DNA of 64,000 nucleotides. Source: an uncultured Planctomycetota bacterium (GTDB taxonomy: Bacteria > Planctomycetota > Planctomycetia > Isosphaerales > Isosphaeraceae). The notes below the pieces were generated by a model that saw only the letters and a program-made list of their open reading frames with translations, had not been told where the DNA came from and made no database searches. Shown one piece after another: positions 10,869-21,244 of this stretch. The position numbers were made by a program, and so were the translations under genes. Within the stretch, counting starts at the first letter, position 1. Every line of letters begins with the position of its first letter. The stretch covers positions 544,001 through 608,000 of the forward strand of contig CAWGMQ010000007.1 of assembly GCA_963823665.1 (NCBI GenBank), in the 5' to 3' direction.

Positions 10869-11651
10869 TCACCAGAACTTCCAATCATGTGTCACAATAA
10901 CATAAACCCCCAGCGCCAGGTTGGCTGTCGCATGGCTGATCAGACACGCCGAAAGGGATTTGGTCCACCACAACAGCCACGCCCAGAGCGCACCGGTCAA
11001 GAGAGCGGGCAGCCATTCGGGATGTGCCAACGCAAACAAGACCGAGGTGACAGTCGCGGCGATGAGAGTCACCTTGCCGATGGACACCCGTGTGAACTCG
11101 TTGTCGATCAGCCATCGCAACAGGAACGACCGCCAGAAGAGCTCCTCGAACACTGGCACGAGCACAACCAGCCCGAGCAGCCTCACGCTGATAAACGCCC
11201 ATCGCCAGGCCGGCTCGAGAACGAACGGGTCAAACGCCGACCGGCTCCCCCCGAGAAACGTGAAGGTGGGATAATGCCCGTCGAGGCCGACCCATCCCAC
11301 ACAGACCAGGAAACCCGTCATGATTCCCAGGGCGATCGCGCCCGCATTCGGCCGCGGCCGGAAGTCGTTCCACGTTCCTCGATAATGCCAGGCCAGGAGG
11401 GAAACGATCGAGAGCTTGACGGCGTAGGCAATCGGGTAGAGCTGGAAGCCCGGCTTGCCCACGATCTGCGGCAGATAGCCTTCCAGCGCGGTAAGCCCGA
11501 CATACGCGAACATCGGCACGACGTAGGCGAGAATGCGGGCGTCTGAACTTTCGCCCGCGGCCGGCGCTGCCCCGGAAGGCACGGTCGGCTCGGCCGCGGC
11601 AAGGGCACCGGAGGAGCGATTTCTTCCAGAAGGGTCAGTGGAGTGGCTCAT
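10869..11651 (-). CDS. CAAX prenyl protease-related (CPBP/Abi) intramembrane protease, PEP-CTERM-associated type
   Basis: EELFWR, FALAH, HATANL motifs; YPIAYAVK segment; multiple TM helices. Confidence 0.85.
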   Translation of the reverse strand: MSHSTDPSGRNRSSGALAAAEPTVPSGAAPAAGESSDARILAYVVPMFAYVGLTALEGYLPQIVGKPGFQLYPIAYAVKLSIVSLLAWHYRGTWNDFRPRPNAGAIALGIMTGFLVCVGWVGLDGHYPTFTFLGGSRSAFDPFVLEPAWRWAFISVRLLGLVVLVPVFEELFWRSFLLRWLIDNEFTRVSIGKVTLIAATVTSVLFALAHPEWLPALLTGALWAWLLWWTKSLSACLISHATANLALGVYVIVTHDWKFW

Positions 11652-12318
11652 CGGTCAAGGGCATCCCGTCTCGAGATGCGATCAGGTGAAGAAGTGAAGG
11701 GTCATCCAGCCGGGTGACGATCAGATCGGCGGCCTGGAGCGCCTCGACCGGGCTGTGCTCGTGTGGAATTCCGACGGCGAAGGCCTCGGCGGACCTGGCG
11801 GCGGCCAGGCCGGCCGGGCTGTCCTCGAGCACGAGCATCGACCGGGCCGGCACGCCGAATCGATGGGCTGCAAGCTGATAGATCTCCGGGTCCGGCTTGC
11901 CGAGCTTCACGTCCTCCGCAGCAAGCACGAACGCAAATCGGCTCTCGAGGCCGTGGCGGACGAGCAGCCTCTCGGCATAAGCGTGGCCCGAAGAGGTCGC
12001 CACGGCGGACGGGCACTTTAGCCTCTGGAGCGAGTCGAGCAGCACAAACAGCCCCGGCATCGGATGCACTGTGGTATCGACTTCATCGTAGAAGCGCTTC
12101 CGGACGTCGGCGAGGAAATCCTCGACGGGCCCTTCCACTCCCGCGAGCGATTTCCAGAGCGGGGCAACCTCCCGCGCGCGGCGGCCGATGAACTGCTTCA
12201 TGATCTCGGGAGTGAACGCCTTCCCCCGGTCCGCGAGTGCCTCGGAGGCAACGCGGAAGAACAGGGCCTCGGTGTCGAACATCAGTCCGTCGAGATCGAA
12301 CACGACAGCGCGGATCAA
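11635..12318 (-). CDS. HAD-family phosphatase
   Basis: FDLDG, ATSS, KPDPEIY, LEDS; TTG start overlaps the upstream TGA. Confidence 0.9.
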   Translation of the reverse strand: MIRAVVFDLDGLMFDTEALFFRVASEALADRGKAFTPEIMKQFIGRRAREVAPLWKSLAGVEGPVEDFLADVRKRFYDEVDTTVHPMPGLFVLLDSLQRLKCPSAVATSSGHAYAERLLVRHGLESRFAFVLAAEDVKLGKPDPEIYQLAAHRFGVPARSMLVLEDSPAGLAAARSAEAFAVGIPHEHSPVEALQAADLIVTRLDDPSLLHLIASRDGMPLTDEPLH

Positions 12319-13607
12319 GACCGTAGCCTCCGCGCTCGATGGCTCTCCGGAAAGAGTTCTTCCTGCTGCAGGTTTCCAAGCGCGTCGAATGGGATCGGAC
12401 GAAAGTCGCACTCGAACGTGAGCTCCGGGTGGCCCTCGACGTCGTTCCGAAGCGCGGGCGTAACCCAGAGTGTGGTCAGCTCCAGCGTGTTGGGAACGAG
12501 CACCATTCGCGCTTCGGCCATGTCAATTCGCCAGCAGGTTTCGAGCGAAGTGGCGATCACGTCGCGGTCGGTGGGCAAAGCCAGCGGCACCCGGGCGCGG
12601 GTCAGGAAATTGCTCGTGAAGCTGTTCACCTTGATCGGTTTCGGGTCGATGCTGCGCACCAGACGCTCGGTGGTCAGGTCCGCCAGCCCGATCCCCAGGG
12701 CGTTGCCGCGAGTTTCGTGAGAGAGGTCGAGCACCGCCAGGCGCGTGATGACCGGCGTCGGCAGATCGGGCATCGTTTCCACTCGCTGGCGGCCGATCAC
12801 GTTGGGGTCGAGCCCGGTGCCGCTGTAGTTCTTGCCCAGCTCGCCGACCACGAGCACGTCGATCTGCTCGATCGGCAGACGGCCCATCAGTGTTCGGGCC
12901 TCATCGAGCAGCCTGGGCTCAACCTCGAGAATCTCTTCGGGCTCGACGGCCACGATCCGGGCGGTTTCTTCGCTCGCGTTTTCGAGGATGGCCACACCCA
13001 GCGCCGCCCGCGTTTTTTCGAGCAGGAACGCGCCAACTTCGGGAACGAGCTTCAAAAGCCCCGGCAGGCCCAGCTTGTGAACCTGCGCGGCTCCCTGGCG
13101 CTTGCCCAGACCGATCGCGAGCATCTTGAGCAGCCCGCTCTCGTATCGCCCTGTGAACGACGTGTGCGGCTTGATGCGGTTGAGAACGATGATCCCATCA
13201 GCCTCGTAGGCGTGACGATCGAAATGGATCGGCAATCCGAACGAGTTGGTCCCGAGCTCGACGGTCTCCATGCTGGAACGAATCGGGCAGCCGGCCGTTG
13301 ATTCGGTTACGCCGAGCTCCGCGAGCAGCGCAGTTTGCTCGGGGGCCGTGCCGCCGCCATGGCTTCCCATCGCGGCCACCACGAATGGCTCGAAGCCGAG
13401 GCGGCGAACCGCCGCGGCTGCGGCGCCGACGATCGCGCCGATCTGGGAAATGCCTCGGCTGCCAGCGGTGATTGCAACCCGCGCGCCCGGAGCCAGTCGA
13501 GTTGCCAGGCGGCTGCGCTCGATGGCGGCCATGGTGGCGGCCCGGACGTCGGCAACAACCGGCTGCTGGTACTGGCGGCGCACGCGGGCGATTGACGGAA
13601 GGCTCAT
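12315..13607 (-). CDS. LarA N-terminal/DUF2088-like (lactate racemase domain) protein
   Basis: VAITAGSRGI, AMGSHGGGT, NRIKPHT, ESGLLKMLAIGLGK, GKNYSGTGLD, GNALGIGLAD. Confidence 0.8.
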   Translation of the reverse strand: MSLPSIARVRRQYQQPVVADVRAATMAAIERSRLATRLAPGARVAITAGSRGISQIGAIVGAAAAAVRRLGFEPFVVAAMGSHGGGTAPEQTALLAELGVTESTAGCPIRSSMETVELGTNSFGLPIHFDRHAYEADGIIVLNRIKPHTSFTGRYESGLLKMLAIGLGKRQGAAQVHKLGLPGLLKLVPEVGAFLLEKTRAALGVAILENASEETARIVAVEPEEILEVEPRLLDEARTLMGRLPIEQIDVLVVGELGKNYSGTGLDPNVIGRQRVETMPDLPTPVITRLAVLDLSHETRGNALGIGLADLTTERLVRSIDPKPIKVNSFTSNFLTRARVPLALPTDRDVIATSLETCWRIDMAEARMVLVPNTLELTTLWVTPALRNDVEGHPELTFECDFRPIPFDALGNLQQEELFPESHRARRLRS

Positions 13608-13801
13608 CAGTTGGGTTCGTCCAGGTCAGTGCTGGTGGCTTCTCGGGCATTCGCACCGTTCAATTCGCGAGGCGCTATCCTAAACCATTTCCCGGAAAAC
13701 GACCAAGCCCCTCGCGACCTTCAAGAAGGCGGCGAGGGGCCGAGTTGGTTTGGTCGGTTGTCTTGTCGTGGGCTCGCGCGGCTTGGCGAGATTCGCCTGC
13801 T

Positions 13802-14620
13802 TCAGGCTACGAGATCGCGGCGGCGGAACCGCCGGCCGATTGCCAGGCACGCAACCACACCGGCCCAGGCCAGCACGGTGGCCGGCTCAGGTGCCGGCAC
13901 CTGGTCGATGGGGCCGCCTGTCGGCGAATAGGCCTTGGGATAGAGCGTCTGGGGCTCGGGATTCTGAACGCTCACAAATTGCTGCGTGAACGGCTGGTTG
14001 GAGATGACCACCAGCGTGCCGCTCAAGGCACCGGCCGCCAGCGGCCCGCTGTTGGTGGACGGATTCAGGTACTGGAAGGTCAGCGATCCGGTGGTCGAGC
14101 TCGGCAGCCACGAGATCGACGACGGGACCTGGATCACGCTGCCAGGCGCGGCGGTTGGAACGTTGATGCCGCCGACCTGTCCGTTGGTCACCACGTAGGC
14201 GTAGGTGGTGCCGGTTCCGGTGAAGTTCGTGCCCAGCGGCGTCGCGTTGAACAGCATCGACGCGCTGTTCACGCTCGTGAGCTGCTGGATCGACGTGTCC
14301 ATGGCGCTGTTGACGCCAAACTGATAGGCGTAGGCATAGTAGCCGGAGGCGGCGGTGTTGGCGTTGCCCGTGAACACCTGCGACTCGACGACACCCGCGT
14401 TCGGGGTGTTCATGAAGTCGTAGCCCGCCGTGAGCACCGTCGTGCTCGGCGTGAACAGGTTATTGAACTGAGCCGCGCTCATCGACGTCGGGGTCAGGTT
14501 CTGGACAACGGGAGACGTCGAGCTCGAGTTCTGGACAATGGGATCTGCTTGAGCGAGAGGGGCTGCCAGGCTCAAAACGAGTCCAGCCCCCAGGGCGAGA
14601 GCGTACTTGAACATTTTCAT
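13802..14620 (-). CDS. PEP-CTERM surface protein
   Basis: Signal peptide, S/T/N-rich body, C-terminal APEPATVLAW + TM helix + RRFRRR. Confidence 0.9.
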   Translation of the reverse strand: MKMFKYALALGAGLVLSLAAPLAQADPIVQNSSSTSPVVQNLTPTSMSAAQFNNLFTPSTTVLTAGYDFMNTPNAGVVESQVFTGNANTAASGYYAYAYQFGVNSAMDTSIQQLTSVNSASMLFNATPLGTNFTGTGTTYAYVVTNGQVGGINVPTAAPGSVIQVPSSISWLPSSTTGSLTFQYLNPSTNSGPLAAGALSGTLVVISNQPFTQQFVSVQNPEPQTLYPKAYSPTGGPIDQVPAPEPATVLAWAGVVACLAIGRRFRRRDLVA

Positions 14621-14943
14621 TCTAGCGATCTTCCAGGGTTGATCGGGAAGGTCCGTCATGTAAACGAACCCAAGAAGCGAGTCATTCCATAACTCGCCCA
14701 CCCGGAGAACGTCTCCGGACGGGGCCCCGCGGGACTTTCGTCGCGTCGAGCGCGGGCCGGATAGGATCCCCGAGAAAAAGCCTCGATTCGATTCGCCGAG
14801 ACTCGGTGGGATCAACGTCTCTGCCTTGGCTCCCACGCTGATTTCGCCAAGGCGTCCGGGACCCTATCAGGAACATCAAAATGGGTCAACACGATTTTTG
14901 TAAAGGTTTCAGTCTGGGTGAATGACACCGGGGGAGTTCTTTT

Positions 14944-15837
14944 TCAGTTGCTTGATCCGGACTGTGGCCGTGATATGTGCGGCATCGCCGACTCCACGGC
15001 TACGCCATCGAGATTCGGGCTAGAGAACGACCCGGGGAGGTGGGCGGGGCTCGAATCGGCTACCTGAGACTCGGCGGTTGATTCGCGTGGCTCCTCGGCC
15101 TCCGCCGGCTCGAGATCCACTTCCTCCGGCTTGGCTGAGGCTTCCGTTTCAGCTTCGCTTTCGCTCGCGGCGGTTTGAGAGCCCTGACTGCCCGGCAATT
15201 TGCCGATCGAGAGCGGGTCGAGGTCGTCTTCCAGCACCGGCGGCCCCACAGGCTGGCCCGGCGGCGCCGGCCGCGATAGTAGCGAATGAGCAGCCAGACC
15301 ACGACGGCGACCGCCACCCCCACCAGGATCCATTGCTGCACTTCGCGAATTCCTTGCTGGATCTGATAGGCGAAAGCGTATCCCAGCCCAAAAAAGAACA
15401 TCGTGCTGACTGACGCGGCCACCAGATCGGTCAAGACCAGCTTGAGCGGCGGAAGCTTGAGAATTCCCGCCGTCAGATACGCAGCCGTGCGGAAACCGGG
15501 CACGAAACGTCCCGAGACCAGAATCTTGAACCCGTGGCGGTGAAAATAGCCCTTGATCTGATTCTCCCGCTGGCGGGTCAACAGCCTGCGCGTGAGCGGG
15601 AAGGCTGAGCACTTTTTCGCCGTAGAAGAAGCCCAGGAAATAGACGACCAGGTCACCGAGCAGAACACCGCTCAAGCAACTGCCCAGCGCCAGCGGCCAG
15701 CTCAATTTGCCGTTTCGGCTCAGCACGGCCGCGACAATGATCGGCGCTTCTTCGGGGATCGGTAAGCCCAGTCCGCCCAGGATCAGAATGAGGGCGATTC
15801 CCACGTATCCAAGCTGTGCGATGAGTTGCTCGGTCAA
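14944..15837 (-). CDS. DedA family membrane protein with acidic tail; frameshifts near 15600 and 15260
   Basis: GLPIPEE, GDLVVYFLG, and GRFVPGFR in the second frame (15060..15668). Confidence 0.85.
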   Translation of the reverse strand: MTEQLIAQLGYVGIALILILGGLGLPIPEEAPIIVAAVLSRNGKLSWPLALGSCLSGVLLGDLVVYFLGFFYGEKVLSLPAHAQAVDPPAGESDQGLFSPPRVQDSGLGTFRARFPHGCVSDGGNSQASAAQAGLDRSGGRVSQHDVLFWAGIRFRLSDPARNSRSAAMDPGGGGGRRRGLAAHSLLSRPAPPGQPVGPPVLEDDLDPLSIGKLPGSQGSQTAASESEAETEASAKPEEVDLEPAEAEEPRESTAESQVADSSPAHLPGSFSSPNLDGVAVESAMPHISRPQSGSSN

Positions 15838-15981
15838 CGAACGCCGGCTCCCGGACTGGGCAGAAGAAAGTATGGCTAAACGATTAAAGGCTGCGCCCGA
15901 ACAAGCGAAATCGGGGGTATCATACCGTGCCAGTGCGCCGTCCAGCAGCTCTCTTCCCGGGGCAAGAAACTGTTGATGCTG

Positions 15982-16395
15982 TCAACGCGTGGAATTCTGC
16001 CTCCGGGCGCGATTCTCATCCACGCTGGCACCGAACCGCTCGGCCCAGTCGTGCAAACCCACCAGGGCCGGTACCAGGGAAGAGCCCAGCTCGGTCAAAC
16101 GATACTCGACGCGCGGCGGGACCTCGGCGTAGACTCGCCGATCCACGATCCCCGCCTGCTCCAGCTCACGAAGCCGCTTCGTAAGCTCTTTCTGCGTAAT
16201 CGGTTCGACGGCCCGCTGGAGCTTCCGGAACCTCACCGGCCCGCCACCTTCGTGCAACGCGAAGAGAATGTGGATTGTCCATTTGTGGGCGATCAGATCG
16301 ATCGCCCGACTCGCCGGACAGTCCTTCGGAACCGGTCGCTCGGCCGCAAGCCTTTCCGGCAAATGCTTTTGCTCGTCAGTCGTTGCTTTGCTCAT
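15982..16395 (-). CDS. HxlR family regulator
   Basis: CP..AIDLIAHKW, LTKRLRELE, YAEVPPRVEYRLT; divergent from the pirin gene. Confidence 0.9.
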   Translation of the reverse strand: MSKATTDEQKHLPERLAAERPVPKDCPASRAIDLIAHKWTIHILFALHEGGGPVRFRKLQRAVEPITQKELTKRLRELEQAGIVDRRVYAEVPPRVEYRLTELGSSLVPALVGLHDWAERFGASVDENRARRQNSTR

Positions 16396-16532
16396 CAATC
16401 GTGGTATCCAACTGGTACCTACGTTCCTGTTTGGTGCCTACTTGCCAGGAGATATCAGACGTCTATTGTTTACGCAGGAAGAGTTGACGGTCAATATGCG
16501 GTTCTTTGTCGCGCAGATGAGGGGATGATACG

Positions 16533-17228
16533 ATGATTAAGCTTCGACCGGCCGCGGAACGGGGCAGGGCGGATTACGGCTGGCTCGATACCCGGCACAG
16601 CTTCTCGTTCAATGACTATCATGACGCGCACCATATGGGGTTTCGTGCACTGCGGGTGATCAATGAAGATTGGATTGCGCCGGGAAAAGGCTTCGGTACC
16701 CACGGGCATCGCGACATGGAGATCGTGACGTATGTTCTCGAGGGCGCAGTGGCACACAAGGACAGTCTGGGCAACGGCTCGGTGCTTCGGCCGGGCGAGT
16801 TTCAGCGGATGACGGCCGGGACCGGCATCGAGCACAGCGAGTTCAATCCGTCGGAGACGGAGCCGGTGCATCTCTATCAGATCTGGCTCTTCCCCGAGAA
16901 GCGCGGGCTGCCCCGAGCTACGATCAGCGAGCGTTTCCGGATGAGGAGCGACAGGGCAAGCTGCGTGTCGTCGCGTCGCCGGACGGGCGGGACGGGTCGC
17001 TCACCATCCGTCAAGATTCGCAAATCTTTCTGGCAACGCTTGCCGCCGGAGAGCGCGTATCGTACGAGCTTGCGCCGGGGCGTCATGCCTGGGTTCAAGT
17101 GTTGCGCGGAGCAATCGAGATGAATGGCGTCGAACTTGCCCTGAGTGATGGCGCTGCGATCAGCGAGGAAAGGGGTTTGGCCCTGCGCGAAGCACGCGTC
17201 GGAGGTGATGCTCTTTGACTTGGCATAG
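16533..17228 (+). CDS. Pirin family protein (YhhW-like); frameshifted near 16910 and 17190
   Basis: [39 protein letters not shown]-terminal part in ORF 16670..17218. Confidence 0.9.
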
Positions 17229-17250
17229 TGAAGATGGCTGGGCGGGAGCC

Positions 17251-18087
17251 CTATCGCCGGCGAGCCGAGAACGCCGACACGGCGTTGAGCACAGTTCCGG
17301 CGACCATCACGATCGCGATGACGATGGGAATGTGAAACCAGCGCGCGTTCATCCAGGCCAGGATATCGCCACCGCGGAAGATCATCGCCAGGAAAACGCC
17401 ACCCCCGCACGCGGAGCGTACCGCCGCGATGACTCGCTCCGCGCGCGACAACATTGTCCACTGATGCCGGAAGCGATTCCTGGCACCGCGATCCTTCAAT
17501 AATCTCGACAACGCGAATAATGCAAATGCTGGCACCAGAATGAGAGCGAGGAGCACAACACGCCCCCCGCGCTGAGCCAACCAGATGCCCGGACCGATCC
17601 ATTCGATGAGGACGATCGCGACGACGGCGAACAAAAAGACTGGCAGAGTTCGGACGAACGAAGCGCGTTCAAGCATCCGATCGGGGATTGGCGGCTTCGG
17701 CATCGGAACGAGACCGCCCGTTCGGTTGTACCAGCTCACCATCTCAAGCCACGATTGCAAGAAGAGCCACACGATCAGGAATCCGAGAATCAAGTTGATT
17801 CCAAGGAAAGCGGATACGCTCCACTCCCGAATTTGTTGCGGGGTGCCTGATAGGGACCGCAAGATCCAGGCCGCGATGGCGTTCGGAATTGAGAACACCA
17901 CTACGAGGATCATCAGAGCTTTGATCGTGAAACGCAGCCGCTGAACACCCTGGTCAGTTGGTGGTGGTTTGACATACTTCGCTTCGTAGCAGCTCGAACA
18001 GTAGAAGCCTTCCTCGCTGCGGCCGTCGGCCTCTCGCTGGGTGACGCGGCACGTTGCCGGGCTGAACACGCAGAGCTGGCAACTCAT
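17251..18087 (-). CDS. Hypothetical multi-pass membrane protein with N-terminal CxxC..CxxC
   Basis: MSCQLC...YCSSC, then RFTIKALMIL and about 6 hydrophobic helices. Confidence 0.6.
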   Translation of the reverse strand: MSCQLCVFSPATCRVTQREADGRSEEGFYCSSCYEAKYVKPPPTDQGVQRLRFTIKALMILVVVFSIPNAIAAWILRSLSGTPQQIREWSVSAFLGINLILGFLIVWLFLQSWLEMVSWYNRTGGLVPMPKPPIPDRMLERASFVRTLPVFLFAVVAIVLIEWIGPGIWLAQRGGRVVLLALILVPAFALFALSRLLKDRGARNRFRHQWTMLSRAERVIAAVRSACGGGVFLAMIFRGGDILAWMNARWFHIPIVIAIVMVAGTVLNAVSAFSARRR

Positions 18088-18358
18088 GCCTTCCAGGTTT
18101 TTGCGATCGACCGAGATGTCACTGATCATGGCCAGCGCGAGCTTGAGCTCGTGCCCCTTCAAGCTGACGCGGGTTTACTCGCGGAGGATCAAAAACAAAG
18201 CGATCGCTAAGAATCTTGTATTCGAGATGCTGTTTGTTTGCACTAAGGATGCGGTTGGTCCGTGAAAGTGTGCGAGTGGCAGGCCGGTTGTGTGGAGATT
18301 GACGGTCGGTGAAGATCGCCCGGTCGGAGACTCGGGCCAAACAGCAGAGATCCCGTTC

Positions 18359-21244
18359 ATGGATAATCGACCGGCTGACACGGTCTCTCATGATCTCGAC
18401 GCATTGTTCCGCCTGGGCGTCGTCGCGGCGATGAGCGACGAGCAGCTCCTGGAGCACTTCACGGCGCAGAGCGAATCAGCCGGCGAGATCGCGTTTGAAG
18501 CCATCGTGCGACGGCACGGGCCGATGGTGATGGGCGTCTGCCGGCGCCTACTCGGCAACCAGCACGATGCCGAGGATGCGTTCCAGGCGACATTCATCGT
18601 GCTCGCGCTCCGGGCAGGAGCCGTTCGCAAGAGGCAATCACTGGGTCCCTGGCTGCATGGAGTCGCGGCTCGGATCTGCGGGCGAGCGAGGCTGGTGAGC
18701 CGCCGGCGCAGGGAAGCGGAGCTTCCAGCCGAGGCTTTGAACGACCACCGCAGTCACGACCCAGCTCTGGGCGATCTCAATTAGGTACTCGATGAAGAGC
18801 TTCGAAGGCTGCCCGAGAAATATCGGCGGCCAATCGTGCTTTGCTATCTCGAAGGCCGGTCCCAGGAAGATGCCGCACGCGAGCTGGGATGGACGAAGGG
18901 AACCATCTCCGGAAGGCTGGCGCGTGCCAAAGAGGTTTTGCAACGCCGGCTGATCCGTCGTGGCCTGGCTCCGGCGGCGGCGCTCGTGGCGACGTCTTTC
19001 GCTTCGGAAGCGGCTGGCGCGGCAGTCAGTACGCCCCTCCTGACGGCGACGGTTCGAACAGCTACCCTCGCGAGCTTCTCCGGCTTGAAAACCGGATCGA
19101 TGACGGTCGAAGTGGGGACACTCGTCCGGCTCGGTGTCAGGGCGCTCTTGCTCGGGCGAGTCGCGAGATTGTCTGCCGTGTTGCTTGCGCTCGGGCTGGG
19201 AGCGTCGGCGATCGCCACGCAGATCATCGGGCCGGCACGACCAGACCGGCACGGACACGCGGACGACACGGCCCTGGCATTGGCCGGACGACGAAAGACG
19301 GAGCCTACGCCGCGCCTCGATCGCTTCGGCGATCCTTTGCCGGCGCCGATCATGATGCGACTCGGCACCATCCAGCGGCGACACACCACGAGGGTGGTGG
19401 GCGTGACATTTACTCGTGACGGAAACTCGGCCCTGACAGCTCAGGCAGACGGGCTCGTGCGATTCTGGAACGTCGAGCGTGGGAGCCAGGAACGCATCAT
19501 CGACGTGACGGCAGCCACGCCCGGGGTAAACAAGTCGATCCGGCAGGTGGCGACTTCGCACGATGGCCGGTATCTGGCCGCTGCGGGGCTCGTTCGGAGC
19601 GATGGTGCCGGACGCCCCGTCGGCAAGCTCTGGATTCTGAGTCTGTCCGACTCAAGCGTGCTCCGGACGATCGACACGAACACGATGGATCTCCAGTGCC
19701 TGTCGTTGTCGCCGGATGGGACGATCATCGCGACCGGCGAGCACGCAGGAGAAGTCAAGCTGTGGAATACCCAAACGGGTGACTGTTTCAAAACGACCAA
19801 ACTGCTGGAGATTCAACCTGTCTTTGCTCTCGCGTTCGCACCGGATGGAAAAATTCTGGCGACAAACCAGATCGGAAAAGGCGTTGTGCTCTGGCATCTG
19901 AACAGCGGCGAGACCGAGCGGATTGCGATGCCCTTGATCGACGGAGCGTCACCGTACTTCTCGGACGACGGGCGCTACCTGGCGACGAGCACACGTGACG
20001 GCGAGTCGACGATCTGGGACCGCCGAACGAGCCAGAGACATTGCGTTGCTCGTGGGTTTGCGCAGGGATTCACGCCGGACGGGAATTCACTTGCGGTGAT
20101 CCGTCCTGTAGACGGATCGATCGCGCTCGTCGACATTGAGACCGGGCAAGACCGCTGGAAGGCGGTTCTCGGGCCTGCGCTTCAGCCCGGCGGACTCGCC
20201 TTTGCGCCTGACGGAACAACGATGATCGTGGGCTGGGACAACGTGCTGAGAGTCTTCGAGACCGTTGGCGGACGCGAGCGGTTCGAGAGCGACGCCGCGC
20301 ATCGGGGCGCCGTGAGCGCGATTGGCTACATGCCGGGTGGAAGAACGGCGATCACTGCCGGAAATGACGGCACCATCCGGCAGTGGGACGCCGCGAGCGG
20401 CCGCCAGCTCCGAGTGATGAGCGACGCCCTGGTCGCGCAGCTCCTGGCGATCTCACCGGACGGAACCACATTGGCCTCGACGTCGCTTCGCGCGCCGGCG
20501 AATGCGCCGGCCTTCCGCGTCTGGAACCTGACTAACGGCAGCCTCGAGCGCGAGTATCAAACAAAGAAAACCGTGAACGGCACAAAGGCCCTGGCATTCT
20601 CGACCGACGGCAAGCTCGTTCTCTTTTACGCACACAGTCTCGGGCTCAAAGTGGTCGATGTCTCGAGCGGACAAGAGCAGCCGGCCGTTCAGCCGCGGTT
20701 CGTGCTCGGCCCGGACGAAGCGGCTGAGCTCAACCTGGCGGCGATCGCTTTTGCTCCTGGTAATCGATATCTCGCGATCTGCACGGGGACGGTCACGCAC
20801 GTAGCTGAGCTGGAGAGCGGCGTGGAACGGTTCTCGTGTTCCGGCTATGCCATGACGTTCACGCCCGATGGACAAGGTCTGGCCGTGGCGAGCCAGGGCG
20901 ATCGGTCCGCCAACCACGGGATGAGCGAAGCCGGGATGGGTGAAGGCTCGGTCGAAATCGTCGAGATCAGTACAGGTACGCGGAAACGGATCGCCGTGCC
21001 GGCTGATCGGGTAGGGGCGCTGGCATTCTCGCCCGACGGGCGAATCGTTGCGGTCGCCCTGGGCTCGCGTGAATCCCGCATTCGACTCTATTCGGCGGAA
21101 AACTTGCACGAAATCGACACGTTCGTTTGCCCCGCGACTCGCACACACCCGGGCGCGCTCGCGTTTGCGCCCGATTCCCGCGGCTTGGCGGTGGGCCTCG
21201 ACGATACAACCGCGGTCATCTATAACATAGGCGGTGCTCGATGA
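18359..21244 (+). CDS. ECF-type sigma-70 factor fused to TM and WD40 repeats; in-frame TAG at 18782-18784
   Basis: Sigma2: AFEAIVRRHGPMV, DAEDAFQATF. Sigma4: LPEKYRRPIVLCYLEG..GTISGRLARA. Then DRFGDPLP and WD40 repeats. Both ORF pieces are in the same frame. Confidence 0.85.

Noticed and set aside
14620..14940. Sigma-54 promoter for the PEP-CTERM gene
   Set aside because: TTGGCG is present but there is no properly spaced TTGC -12 element
18782..18784. Pyrrolysine or recoded TAG
   Set aside because: No pyl genes seen and TAG terminates other genes in the window normally
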